Part shown: piece after piece, positions 28,483 through 37,579 of the stretch
Numbering within the stretch: the stretch's first letter is position 1
How the letters are laid out: each line of letters begins with the position of its first letter
From: a virus
Lineage: Duplodnaviria; Caudoviricetes
IMG/VR virus record: IMGVR_UViG_3300033121_001789
Span: 45,853-109,852 of that record
DNA: 64,000 nt
Strand: one strand, 5' to 3'
Program-made: the position numbers and the translations under genes
Notes under the pieces: generated by a model
Databases searched by the model: none
Seen by the model: the letters and a program-made list of their open reading frames with translations, nothing else
What the model was told of the DNA's origin: nothing

Positions 28483-29643
28483 ATGACAAAAGAAGAATTC
28501 AAAAATATATTCATAGAATTAACAAACTACACAATTCCATTTGGAAAAGAAAAATTATTAGAAAAACATCTACCAAAGGGATTTAAGAAAGATAATATTG
28601 GAAATTACTACTATGAAATAGGAAATTCTGAAACATTATTTACATCACATTTAGATACATTTTCAAAAAAATACGAAAAGGTTAATCATGTAATTGACGA
28701 AGATGATCCATATATTATATCCACAGACGGTAAAACTATCTTAGGTGGGGATAATAAATTAGGATGTACTATTTTGTTTGGCATGATTAAAAATTCTATA
28801 CCAGGAACTTATTACTTTTTTCTTGGAGAAGAGCCAATTTTAAGTGGTGGATTATGGGGTTCAAGAAATGCATTAGAAAGTAATTTTGAATATTTCAAAA
28901 AATTTAAAAGATGTATCGCATTCGATAGAAAGCAGTATGGATCAATTGTTGTTCGTCAAATGGGTCGTATGTGTTGTTCTAAAGAATTCGCTAGTGAAAT
29001 TGCCAAACAATTAAAAATTGGTGGAATTAATTGGGACGAATCTGTTGGATTTGGATATTATACAGATACCGCCGTTTTCATGGATGTAATACCAGAATGT
29101 ACAAACATATCAGCAGGTGGATTTAATGAACATTATAAGAGTGAATGGGTCGATCTAAATTATACATATAATGTTTATAAGTCAGCATTAAAAATTAAAT
29201 GGGAGGAACTACCGACTAATAGAAAGTTAGAAGTTAGATTTTCAGATGAGGAAAAAGAAACAATAAATAAAGACTTCAAGAAATTTCAACAAATAAAGAT
29301 ATATAAAGAAATAGAATCTATGACAGAATTAGTAGATCTATCCAAAACGAGAGACATATCTAAAAATGGAGAAAGATATTTAACATTCTCAAAATGGCTT
29401 GAAGATTATGACTTGGATATAACTTTGTCAAATAGTAAAATTATTATAAATGGTAAAGAATTATCAATGAATCAGTTAAAAAGATTAATTCTTACAGAAT
29501 TCAGGGAAGATATACTCGATCAAATAAAGTATTATATAGAAATGAAAGAAAAAAAGGAATTAGATAAGATACTTTATATCTTTGGATTCAAAACAATACC
29601 AGAAATAATTAAATTTCTTAAAACAAAAAAAAGAGGAAAATAA
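28483..29643 (+). CDS. M28/M20-clan zinc peptidase (paralog 2)
   Basis: SHLDT, GGDNKLG, GEEP, AFDRK, NEH. Confidence 0.8.
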   Translation: MTKEEFKNIFIELTNYTIPFGKEKLLEKHLPKGFKKDNIGNYYYEIGNSETLFTSHLDTFSKKYEKVNHVIDEDDPYIISTDGKTILGGDNKLGCTILFGMIKNSIPGTYYFFLGEEPILSGGLWGSRNALESNFEYFKKFKRCIAFDRKQYGSIVVRQMGRMCCSKEFASEIAKQLKIGGINWDESVGFGYYTDTAVFMDVIPECTNISAGGFNEHYKSEWVDLNYTYNVYKSALKIKWEELPTNRKLEVRFSDEEKETINKDFKKFQQIKIYKEIESMTELVDLSKTRDISKNGERYLTFSKWLEDYDLDITLSNSKIIINGKELSMNQLKRLILTEFREDILDQIKYYIEMKEKKELDKILYIFGFKTIPEIIKFLKTKKRGK

Positions 29644-29656
29644 TTTCCTCTTTTTT
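29626..29656. terminator. bidirectional terminator between peptidase and tmRNA
   Basis: AAAAAAGAGGAAA-ATAA-TTTCCTCTTTTTT. Confidence 0.7.
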
Positions 29657-29659
29657 GAT

Positions 29660-29712
29660 AAACCGTTCAGATATTTACCCTGTTTAAAACTGTTCAGATA
29701 TTTACCCTGTCT
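29660..29712. repeat. 27-bp-period tandem duplication (core GTTCAGATATTTACCCTGT x2)
   Basis: Identical 19-mers at 29665-29683 and 29692-29710. Confidence 0.85.
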
Positions 29713-29721
29713 ATCGTTTGG

Positions 29722-30089
29722 TGGTGGAGGCGGAGGGTTCGAATCCTCGTCTTCCTCAGTTAGATACAACCAATCATTTACAAGCTTAGTTAATTTTTCT
29801 AAACTAACAAAATAATAAATTTTTTCGACTCAAAAAATATTTATAAAAAACTATCACGATTTTTATCTGTTGGATTCAGAGGTAAATTTCTTGAAATATC
29901 AATTAAGCCATTTCAAACTCATTCACCATGAGTAAGTTGTTTTGTAGGGCAGCTACTAAATCTTCACTGGTTCCCACTTCGTTTGTTTTGCCGATTACGA
30001 CATTCGCCATTTAATTTTTAATCGGTTATATGACAATCCGATACTTGCTCAATTACACCTAGGACCGCGAATCAATACATTACGCCCCC
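29722..30089 (-). ncRNA. ssrA: tmRNA, 368 nt; tag (A)GKTNEVGTSEDLVAALQNNLLMVNEFEMA*
   Basis: 5' GGGGGCG pairs with 3' CGCCUCC-ACCA with G3:U. T-arm GAGG-AUUCGAAC-CCUC. pk1-like pseudoknot (UCGG/CCGA; UUGUCAU/AUGGCGA). Resume context UAAUC-GGC 11 nt later. Tag ORF 29992-29903. Confidence 0.92.
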
Positions 30090-30140
30090 ATATTTCTACA
30101 AAGATACAATTATATATTAAATTATCAAAATGTTTTTTTT

Positions 30141-31940
30141 CTAAAATGGAGCAGAATCATCAAATTTATCCACAAGTGAGTATCTATCATCATCCTCATC
30201 GTCGTCATCAGAATAATCTTCCTCAGCATCTTCCCAAGTAAATGAAAATTTCAATATTGGGAAACCATCCTTACTTTCATACAACTCCACCTCAACATTA
30301 TACTTTGAAAGTAATTCTTCTTTAACACGACCAACAACATCAAATGCTTTTAAAAGTGTTGAAATTTTCTCTCGGTGTTTTAAAAATGTATAAACATTCA
30401 AATCATATTCTTCAGATGTTACATTAACATCTAATCCATTAGAAACAAACATTTGTTCAACCCAATAACATAATTCCTCAATATCATCTTTAAATCCACC
30501 TGATTCCTCCAAAGAATGTAATGATTCATATGTAGTATCATCATCAACACCATAATAGTCATGATATTTTTTAAAAACAGGATCAACTGTTAATTCAATC
30601 TTAATTATACTATCATCAAATGTGAGTGTCGGATCCATACTATGTATATTAAACATCTCACTTAAATTTAAAAAATCATCCTGTACTAATTCTACATCGG
30701 ATTCGTCCATATCTATTTTAAGAAATTCTATTCCATAAGATGACATCAATTTTATATCTAAATTAAAAGCACATGACCGAAAATCATTTAAAAAATCCTT
30801 AAAATAATGTAAAAATAAATCACTAAATCCAATCTTTCTCTTAACTGTTAAATTCTCCCAATCAACCCCAACAGAAGCTTTTGCGAGCCTTTCAAGGAAA
30901 GAAATATTCTGAGATTCTCTATTTGTATGTTCATCAAAATATCCAACAGATATATTTGTACACTCTGGTATTTGGTCAATAAAAGATGCAGAGTCGGTAT
31001 AAATTCCAGTATCGTCCAAATTAAATTTCATTCCATTTTTAGAATATTCAGCCGCTAATGAATGTGCAAATTCATCTGAACAACATTCTGCAAACATTTG
31101 TGATGTAATAATTGAATAATAATTTCTCCTATCAAATGATACGCATTTTTTCAATCCTTTAAGATGCTCAAATGATTCAAATTCTTTTGAGACTTTACCA
31201 GATCCAATTCCACCTCTTTCTTCACCAATAAAGAAATAATAAACACCAGGTACATTATGAGCAATCATGTACAATAGTACAGTAACTCCTGATTTATCAT
31301 CGGCTCCTAAGATAGTTGTACCATCGCTAACAATATGCTCTTGTCCATCTATCATTCTGCTATATAAAACCACATTTGTTTGCTTCCTATCTGCGGTATC
31401 AAGGTGACAAGTAAACATAGTTGTTGATTTACCTACTATTTTATAATAGTTTCCAAATTTATCTTTTGTTAGACCTATCTGTGATATCAAAGGATAAACA
31501 TCATCTTCTTGTGGATGTGGATATGTTTTAGTCACCAATGATATGAAAGTATCTCGAACATTTTTAGGATTAAACTTAAATTCTGGAACCACAATTAACG
31601 TTGAATTACCAAAAGACTTGATTGGTTTTTTTTGTTTTTTTGCCTTTAATGTATTATACTTGATTGTAAATTTTTTGATCTCATCTTCAGTAAATTGATC
31701 AGGAAAAAATTTACGAATCATATATCCAACTTTTATCGGATTATACTTCCCACCTATTTTAGCATTAAATGACCAATCATGTCTCGACATATCTAATTGC
31801 TCAATTCCCAAAGTGTCTGCGGCAATTGAAATATCATTCTCAACTCTCATAAGTTTATCTGATATCTTATCCTCTATATCATCAAAAATATCATACAAAT
31901 CATCAGTATATTTTATGGGCATTGGTCTATTCTTAATCAT
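30141..31940 (-). CDS. M28/M20-clan zinc peptidase (paralog 3) with N- and C-terminal extensions
   Basis: CHLDT, GADDKSG, GEERG, SFDRR, DEH; acidic tail. Confidence 0.85.
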   Translation of the reverse strand: MIKNRPMPIKYTDDLYDIFDDIEDKISDKLMRVENDISIAADTLGIEQLDMSRHDWSFNAKIGGKYNPIKVGYMIRKFFPDQFTEDEIKKFTIKYNTLKAKKQKKPIKSFGNSTLIVVPEFKFNPKNVRDTFISLVTKTYPHPQEDDVYPLISQIGLTKDKFGNYYKIVGKSTTMFTCHLDTADRKQTNVVLYSRMIDGQEHIVSDGTTILGADDKSGVTVLLYMIAHNVPGVYYFFIGEERGGIGSGKVSKEFESFEHLKGLKKCVSFDRRNYYSIITSQMFAECCSDEFAHSLAAEYSKNGMKFNLDDTGIYTDSASFIDQIPECTNISVGYFDEHTNRESQNISFLERLAKASVGVDWENLTVKRKIGFSDLFLHYFKDFLNDFRSCAFNLDIKLMSSYGIEFLKIDMDESDVELVQDDFLNLSEMFNIHSMDPTLTFDDSIIKIELTVDPVFKKYHDYYGVDDDTTYESLHSLEESGGFKDDIEELCYWVEQMFVSNGLDVNVTSEEYDLNVYTFLKHREKISTLLKAFDVVGRVKEELLSKYNVEVELYESKDGFPILKFSFTWEDAEEDYSDDDDEDDDRYSLVDKFDDSAPF

Positions 31941-31950
31941 TTCTTATATA

Positions 31951-32337
31951 TTAAATATTAATATTAATTTCTTCAGCGTTCTTATAATCAACTTTTACCT
32001 GTCCAATATTCATTTCTGGTAATTTCTTAACGAATTTTGACTTACAACAAATAACTATACAATTTCCAGTAACTTTTGAATTTTTAGCAACAATTTCAGC
32101 TGCTTTATGTTTCACCTCTTTTGTTATCAATCTATCTTTTTGTCTAATAATAGCATGACACCCTGGTTTTCCCTTAACATGGAACCATAAATCCTCAGGA
32201 TCTGCCATAATTGTTGTTAAATAATCATTTGATTTCCCATCCCTACCAAAAATTAGTGTATAATCATCTATAATTATCGTTCTTAAATTTGGAAATTTAT
32301 CCTTGGACTCGTTAAAAGAAATAAAATTCTTTATCAT
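31951..32337 (-). CDS. stand-alone NFACT-R (DUF814) RNA-binding domain protein
   Basis: GRDGKSNDYLT...DLWFHVKGKPGCHAII...AAEIVAKNSK...KFVKK...GQV. Confidence 0.85.
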   Translation of the reverse strand: MIKNFISFNESKDKFPNLRTIIIDDYTLIFGRDGKSNDYLTTIMADPEDLWFHVKGKPGCHAIIRQKDRLITKEVKHKAAEIVAKNSKVTGNCIVICCKSKFVKKLPEMNIGQVKVDYKNAEEININI

Positions 32338-32361
32338 ATAAATTATATATTAATTTTTAGC

Positions 32362-32399
32362 AATAAAAAAAGAGGCTATAATTAGCCTCTTTTTTTATT
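32362..32399. terminator. intrinsic terminator
   Basis: AAAAAAAGAGGCTA-TAAT-TAGCCTCTTTTTTT. Confidence 0.85.
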
Positions 32400-32413
32400 T
32401 AAAAACAATTAAA

Positions 32414-33034
32414 TTATACTGTAAATCCAACCGTATCAACCGTTCCAAATCCACCACTAGATAAACTAACTAAATATGTTGTAGAACCTCCGGAAAAAGA
32501 AGCTCCTTGTGAAAATGTAAAAGAACCTAACCCAGCTTGTTTATCAACAGTAACAGAATATCCATTGTAATATACACCGGATGGAGCTGAAAATACTAAT
32601 GAATTTCCACTTATAGCTGCTGAAAAACCAGAACTACCAAATGACATTGTAGCCAATAAAGTTGTCAAAGCTGCAGAAGTACTCTGTGTAGCTGAGAATG
32701 TATATCCACCAGCACCAAAGACTTTAACAGATCCAGGTAGTGTAAATCCAACATTTGTATTTACAGATGCAGTTCCACTAAATGTAATAGTAGCAGTTGA
32801 TGCAACAGTTGAATTTGACGTTGATTGAGTGGAAGCATCTAACATTGATGAAAATGTAAATGTAGAATTATATGTTCCAATAGCACTTAAAGATACTGTT
32901 AATGTAGATGTAGTTCCTCCGGTTATGGAGAAGCTTGATTGTCCTCTTAATCTAAGAGCTGTTATATCTAGGGTAACTATATCTGTTGTATAGCTATAAG
33001 TTGCCGAATTAATTTTTAAATATGGTCTTGACAT
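32414..33034 (-). CDS. Ser/Thr/Gly-rich virion (decoration-like) protein
   Basis: Beta-rich S/T/G composition; directly downstream of the capsid gene. Confidence 0.6.
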   Translation of the reverse strand: MSRPYLKINSATYSYTTDIVTLDITALRLRGQSSFSITGGTTSTLTVSLSAIGTYNSTFTFSSMLDASTQSTSNSTVASTATITFSGTASVNTNVGFTLPGSVKVFGAGGYTFSATQSTSAALTTLLATMSFGSSGFSAAISGNSLVFSAPSGVYYNGYSVTVDKQAGLGSFTFSQGASFSGGSTTYLVSLSSGGFGTVDTVGFTV

Positions 33035-33088
33035 TTCTTTTAATTATTTTCTTTTATATATTATATTTTAAAAGTCATTTTTTGTAAA

Positions 33089-33126
33089 AATTAAAAAACC
33101 TTCCAATAATGGAAGGTTTTTTAATT
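33089..33126 (-). terminator. terminator after the major capsid gene
   Basis: TTAAAAAACCTTCCA-ATAA-TGGAAGGTTTTTTAA. Confidence 0.85.
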
Positions 33127-33138
33127 TAATTAATACTA

Positions 33139-34884
33139 TTAGTTTAAGTATTGTCTTGTGTCAGTAACAACAATTGTCATATACTGTTTTTGTGGGAAGA
33201 ATCCTACATCAGCAAGAGCGTATCTTGAACGTAACAACATTCTTGGTGCGAAAGTTGCTTCGGAAATTACACTAATAGACTGTGCCATTAAGTAAGGTAC
33301 GAAGATAAGACCTGGTTGGTCTGGGTTATTCTTTCTACCCAATACGATTCTGTTGTCGCTATATCTCATATATGGATCAACGTAGATTTGGATATCACCT
33401 ATTGTTCCAACTGGATATAATTGTCCTTGACCGTTAACTTTAGATTTAACCGGGTTAATTGTATAACCAGATATATCCATAAGAGCTGCCGCAAGACCTC
33501 CATTTGTAATAGCGAATTGAGCTGGACCAACTCTACCTTCAGTAGCTATATAGTTAGAAGCGTGAGCCATCTTAGTTATAAGCTTTCTCTGAACAGCGTG
33601 AGTTGTTTCACCACCGATACCACCACCGTATGTAACATAGTTTGTGTCTAAGTCAAAGATAGTAGATGCAGTTGTACCAGGAACAGTTGTACCTAAACTT
33701 GCGTTTAAAGGTGCATTTTGTCTGTTAGATTCACCAAGTGCAAATATTTTTTGAACGATTTGTTTAGAAATTGTTTGAGACAATTCATTTACAAGGATAG
33801 ATTCCATCTTTTGAACGATATCCATACCTGTATTAGCTTTAATGTCTTCAATTTCTGTTCTTCTTAAAGCAGTTGATACTTCAATTGTACCCACAGCTAT
33901 TGATTTAGAAGAAATTTTTGGACCAATAACACCTGAATAAGTATTATCATCTGTTTGTCTATCCATTGGATAGTCTCCTGATGAAAGAGATGCTGCCCAG
34001 TTTGCAGAGAAACCTGGAAGTTGATCTTCAAGTGCAGATACTAATTCAATTGTAGCAGAAGCAGTTACACCAACAGTACCAATATAGTTGATTTGAGCAA
34101 CCATAGATGCAGTAGCATTGAATGTATTATACTCTGGAGCAAAATTAAATGGACTTGTGTTAGCACCACCATAAACATTTTGAGAGTTTGCTTGTCTGTA
34201 AGCTCTGAACATTGGAGCTCCATCAATTCTTGAGAATCCTAAGAATTCAAGAACGTTTGTTTTTGTACTTGGTTCAGTTGAAACAAGTGCTGTAGACGAG
34301 CTGATATTAGCAACGAATACTCTTGCTCCTTGGATACCACCTGTTGTTAGTGTTCCAGATGCTGCAGTAACCTCAGTAGTTAAAGCTGCTTTCATAGCTG
34401 CTAATGCACCAGCACCAGCTGCAGTGATTTTAAATACTTGTGGACGACCAGTTGTTCCACCATTTGTTAAATCATCATATTGAAAATCAATATAAAGAAG
34501 GTCGATTTTTGGACCTGGAGTTGGTTTTACAGCAACTAAATCAAGACCAATTGTTTGAGCTGCAATTTTCATCGCAACTGGCAAAAGATTTTGACCTAAA
34601 TCACCAGAACCAAGAACACCAGCAGCACCACCGTATTGAGTTGGAAGTGAACCTCCACCAAAACCAGCACCACCACCAAGGTAACCAGGCAAACCAGCTA
34701 CTGAAGGTGCTACTACTGAGCCCATACCAGCTGTTGTTGCGTTAGCGTAAGCGTTCTCATTGATTGAGTGAAATTCAGCATATTCTGCTAACCATTCAAC
34801 TCTGTCAGAAGATACACCCATGTTTTCCAATACAGGACCCCATTTCTTAACCGCTTTTTGTTTGTCTATTCTAATGTGTGACAT
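33139..34884 (-). CDS. gp23: major capsid protein (T4 gp23-like)
   Basis: KKWGPVLE, IGLDLVAVKP, ILVNELSQTI, VGTI..IQIYVDPY, GLIFVPY, TFAPRMLLRSRYAL; strong codon bias. Confidence 0.95.
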   Translation of the reverse strand: MSHIRIDKQKAVKKWGPVLENMGVSSDRVEWLAEYAEFHSINENAYANATTAGMGSVVAPSVAGLPGYLGGGAGFGGGSLPTQYGGAAGVLGSGDLGQNLLPVAMKIAAQTIGLDLVAVKPTPGPKIDLLYIDFQYDDLTNGGTTGRPQVFKITAAGAGALAAMKAALTTEVTAASGTLTTGGIQGARVFVANISSSTALVSTEPSTKTNVLEFLGFSRIDGAPMFRAYRQANSQNVYGGANTSPFNFAPEYNTFNATASMVAQINYIGTVGVTASATIELVSALEDQLPGFSANWAASLSSGDYPMDRQTDDNTYSGVIGPKISSKSIAVGTIEVSTALRRTEIEDIKANTGMDIVQKMESILVNELSQTISKQIVQKIFALGESNRQNAPLNASLGTTVPGTTASTIFDLDTNYVTYGGGIGGETTHAVQRKLITKMAHASNYIATEGRVGPAQFAITNGGLAAALMDISGYTINPVKSKVNGQGQLYPVGTIGDIQIYVDPYMRYSDNRIVLGRKNNPDQPGLIFVPYLMAQSISVISEATFAPRMLLRSRYALADVGFFPQKQYMTIVVTDTRQYLN

Positions 34885-34921
34885 TTTTAAATTTTCTTTT
34901 TTTTGATCTACTGCCCGTAGA

Positions 34922-37042
34922 TTAAAGGTTTTTAAATCTCTCCATGATTGCAGTTAATTCTTTATCAGATATTTTATCTTCTTGAATTAATGCGTCATGT
35001 GCTACTAATTTCTTAGTAACTGATTCGTTTTTCTTGAGATTTCTAGTCAACCAGAAATGTTCAACCTGAGATTCAGTTTTGATAACATCTTCTGGATAAA
35101 GTCTAGCTTGTGAAAGTATTGACTTTCTAGCATTCTCATTTAATTGATTCCAAATTGGCTTGATGTTTTCAGGCATCAATCGGATCACTCTTTCTTCAAG
35201 AGTTTCGTTTTTAGAACTTAACGCCTCAGAAATTAACTTCAATACATCTTGTGTACTAAAGAAACTTTTTTCGCTTACATAAAGTTTAACAGTTTCTTGT
35301 TCTTCACTTGTTAGTGAGTAGAAACTATCAACCTGAGATTTGTTTAAAAACTTTAAAAAGTGTAGATCGGATGTTTCAGCGGCTTTTCGTTTTTTAGCCT
35401 CTTCGATCAATTTATCAATAGATTGTGATAATTCACTATCAGATTCACCAGATGTTTCAAATTCTGGTTCTTCTTCGTTTCCATAGTCTTCACCATGTAC
35501 TTCTTCTTCCTCTTCAGAAACAACATCATCTGTCATTTCAACCGGAGTTTCTTCAGCTGTAGGAACGTCTGTTTCATCATTCCATGCTTTTTCTTCTTCT
35601 TCCTCTTCCTCATCAACTACGTCAAAACCTGCTGATTGTAGTGTAGGGAATTTTTCTTCTCCTTCCAAATATTCATTAATTTTTCCACTACCATTTAATT
35701 TCTCAGAAATTAAACCAGCATAAGAAATTGATTTGTCAAGATTTTCTGCGATATATTCAGAATATGCAATATTATCATCGAGATTTTCTGCGATATATTC
35801 AGAATATGCAATGTTTCCTTCAACGTGTTCTGCTAAATACTCAGAATATGCAATAGAATTATCTAAATGTTCTGCTAAGTATTCACCATAAGAAATTGAT
35901 TTGTCAAGATTTTCTGCGATATATTCAGAATATGCAATGTTTTTGTCAAGATTTTCTGCGATATATTCAGAATATGCAATGTTTTTGTCAAGATTTTCTG
36001 CTAAATATTCACCATAAGAAATTGATTTGTCAAGATTTTCTGCTAAATATTCACCATAAGAAATTGATTTGTCAAGATTTTCTGCGATATATTCAGAATA
36101 TGCAATGTTTTTATCAAGATTTTCTGCGATATATTCAGAATAGTTAATAGCCTTTTCAAGGTTTTCTGCTAAATAATCATTATGCTTGATAAGCTTTTCT
36201 GCTGTAGATTTTAATGAGTTGTTTTCTTTAACAACAACTTGAACTTTATCTGCTAAATAGTCTAAGTATTTAACTATTTGTGAATTGGTTTTATTCAATT
36301 CTTCATAATACTCAAGTAATTGATCCATTTTTTTAGGGGTAAGATTTCCCTTTGTCATAGCTGACTTAACTTCCTTTTTAGTGGAAGCTAATTCATTAAC
36401 CAAATATTTAGAATAATCAGTTAATTGTTTTTTTGTTACGAAGTCGTTAGCGTTCATATTAAATAAATCATTAATTTTTGAATCATCAGACATTTCATAA
36501 ATTCTAAAATTAGCCTTGTTGTTATAACCCAAAGATTCGTTAAGAGTCTTCATTGTCATTTTAGCTGAGGCAAATCCAGGATCTGCTACGATGTCATATG
36601 TGAATAATTTTTTCAAAGTAACTGTTCCATCAGATTCGGTAACTCCCGCTGCTCTTGACGAAACAAATATTGGACAGCCATCATTTACAAGAGCTTTAGC
36701 TTCTTTACCCCAATAGGTATTTAAAAGTCTTATTTCCCCCTCAACTCTATTAGACTCTTTAATAAAAGATGCCTTTTTAATTATGTGTGAGGATCTTGAT
36801 AATGATGTATCAAATACATCAGGATGGTCAAATTCACCATATACAACACCGAAGTCATTCATTCTCTCATTTAATTCATTTAAACAAGGAAGAAATTTCT
36901 CAGCAGTATAAACTCTATCATTTCGATTTTTTACATCGAATTCAGTGAATACTCCACCTAAAATATATTTATCATTTTGACTATCGTTTTCATTAATTGA
37001 TAACGGGTTCGTCATGTTTTCTACAATTAGGACTGATTTCAT
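34922..37042 (-). CDS. gp21: fused prohead protease (gp21) + core/scaffold (gp22-like)
   Basis: KNRNDRVY, GEFDHP, VSSRAAG, YDIVADPGF, then coiled coil, repeats and acidic linker; likely start MKSVLIVE. Confidence 0.9.
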   Translation of the reverse strand: MKSVLIVENMTNPLSINENDSQNDKYILGGVFTEFDVKNRNDRVYTAEKFLPCLNELNERMNDFGVVYGEFDHPDVFDTSLSRSSHIIKKASFIKESNRVEGEIRLLNTYWGKEAKALVNDGCPIFVSSRAAGVTESDGTVTLKKLFTYDIVADPGFASAKMTMKTLNESLGYNNKANFRIYEMSDDSKINDLFNMNANDFVTKKQLTDYSKYLVNELASTKKEVKSAMTKGNLTPKKMDQLLEYYEELNKTNSQIVKYLDYLADKVQVVVKENNSLKSTAEKLIKHNDYLAENLEKAINYSEYIAENLDKNIAYSEYIAENLDKSISYGEYLAENLDKSISYGEYLAENLDKNIAYSEYIAENLDKNIAYSEYIAENLDKSISYGEYLAEHLDNSIAYSEYLAEHVEGNIAYSEYIAENLDDNIAYSEYIAENLDKSISYAGLISEKLNGSGKINEYLEGEEKFPTLQSAGFDVVDEEEEEEEKAWNDETDVPTAEETPVEMTDDVVSEEEEEVHGEDYGNEEEPEFETSGESDSELSQSIDKLIEEAKKRKAAETSDLHFLKFLNKSQVDSFYSLTSEEQETVKLYVSEKSFFSTQDVLKLISEALSSKNETLEERVIRLMPENIKPIWNQLNENARKSILSQARLYPEDVIKTESQVEHFWLTRNLKKNESVTKKLVAHDALIQEDKISDKELTAIMERFKNL
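35700..36180 (-). repeat. about 11-12 tandem 42-bp (14-aa) coding repeats Y[SG]EY[IL]AE[NH]LD[KND][NS]I[AS]
   Basis: Visible in both DNA and translation. Confidence 0.95.
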
Positions 37043-37211
37043 TAATTGATTTGTCTTTATTTTGATATATATATCCAACCGTGAAAAACCGAAAAAATAA
37101 ATGGTGGATTTTTTATAAGATACACTAAAACACCATATTTTATTAGACTTGAAGAATATTTAAAATGGAGTGTGTACAAATTAATATATAATTAAAATTT
37201 TATGGTTTTTT

Positions 37212-37565
37212 ATGATAATAACCCGCGAAATTAAAATTAAAGTCATTGAATCGAATTATCAATATCTCGATGATATGGGTTATGATATATCTATTGGTGA
37301 TACACTAAGTATACCAGTTGAATTATTATCCAAAGGATCACATCACAAAATAAAATGCAAATGTGATGGATGTGGGGTAGAAAAAGATGTTATTTTTAAA
37401 AATTATGTCAAGTATGATAATAAATGGGGTTTTTATTATTGTAGAAAATGCTCTGAAAAGAAAAGAAAGGAATCTTTACAAAAAACTTATGGGGTTGAAT
37501 ACCCAATTCAAAATAAGAATATTTATAAAAAAATGAAACTAACTTTATCTGAAAGAAAAAAATAG
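37212..37565 (+). CDS. Zn-finger DNA-binding fragment of a homing-endonuclease-type protein
   Basis: KGSHHKIKCKCDGCG...CRKC...KTYGVEYPIQ; no nuclease domain. Confidence 0.6.
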   Translation: MIITREIKIKVIESNYQYLDDMGYDISIGDTLSIPVELLSKGSHHKIKCKCDGCGVEKDVIFKNYVKYDNKWGFYYCRKCSEKKRKESLQKTYGVEYPIQNKNIYKKMKLTLSERKK

Positions 37566-37579
37566 TGTAAATTTACACG

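Noticed and set aside
29660-29712. Mini CRISPR array
   Set aside because: Only two copies separated by 8 bp, too short for a spacer.
29722-29760. Stand-alone tRNA
   Set aside because: Only the T-arm and acceptor 3' strand are here; the matching 5' strand is about 330 nt away, as expected for tmRNA.
29560-29769. 69-aa Pro-rich ORF
   Set aside because: It is a by-product of the tmRNA 3' end, the tandem repeat and the terminator.
35700-36180. CRISPR array
   Set aside because: The repeats are contiguous, in-frame 42-bp coding units with no unique spacers; no cas genes seen.
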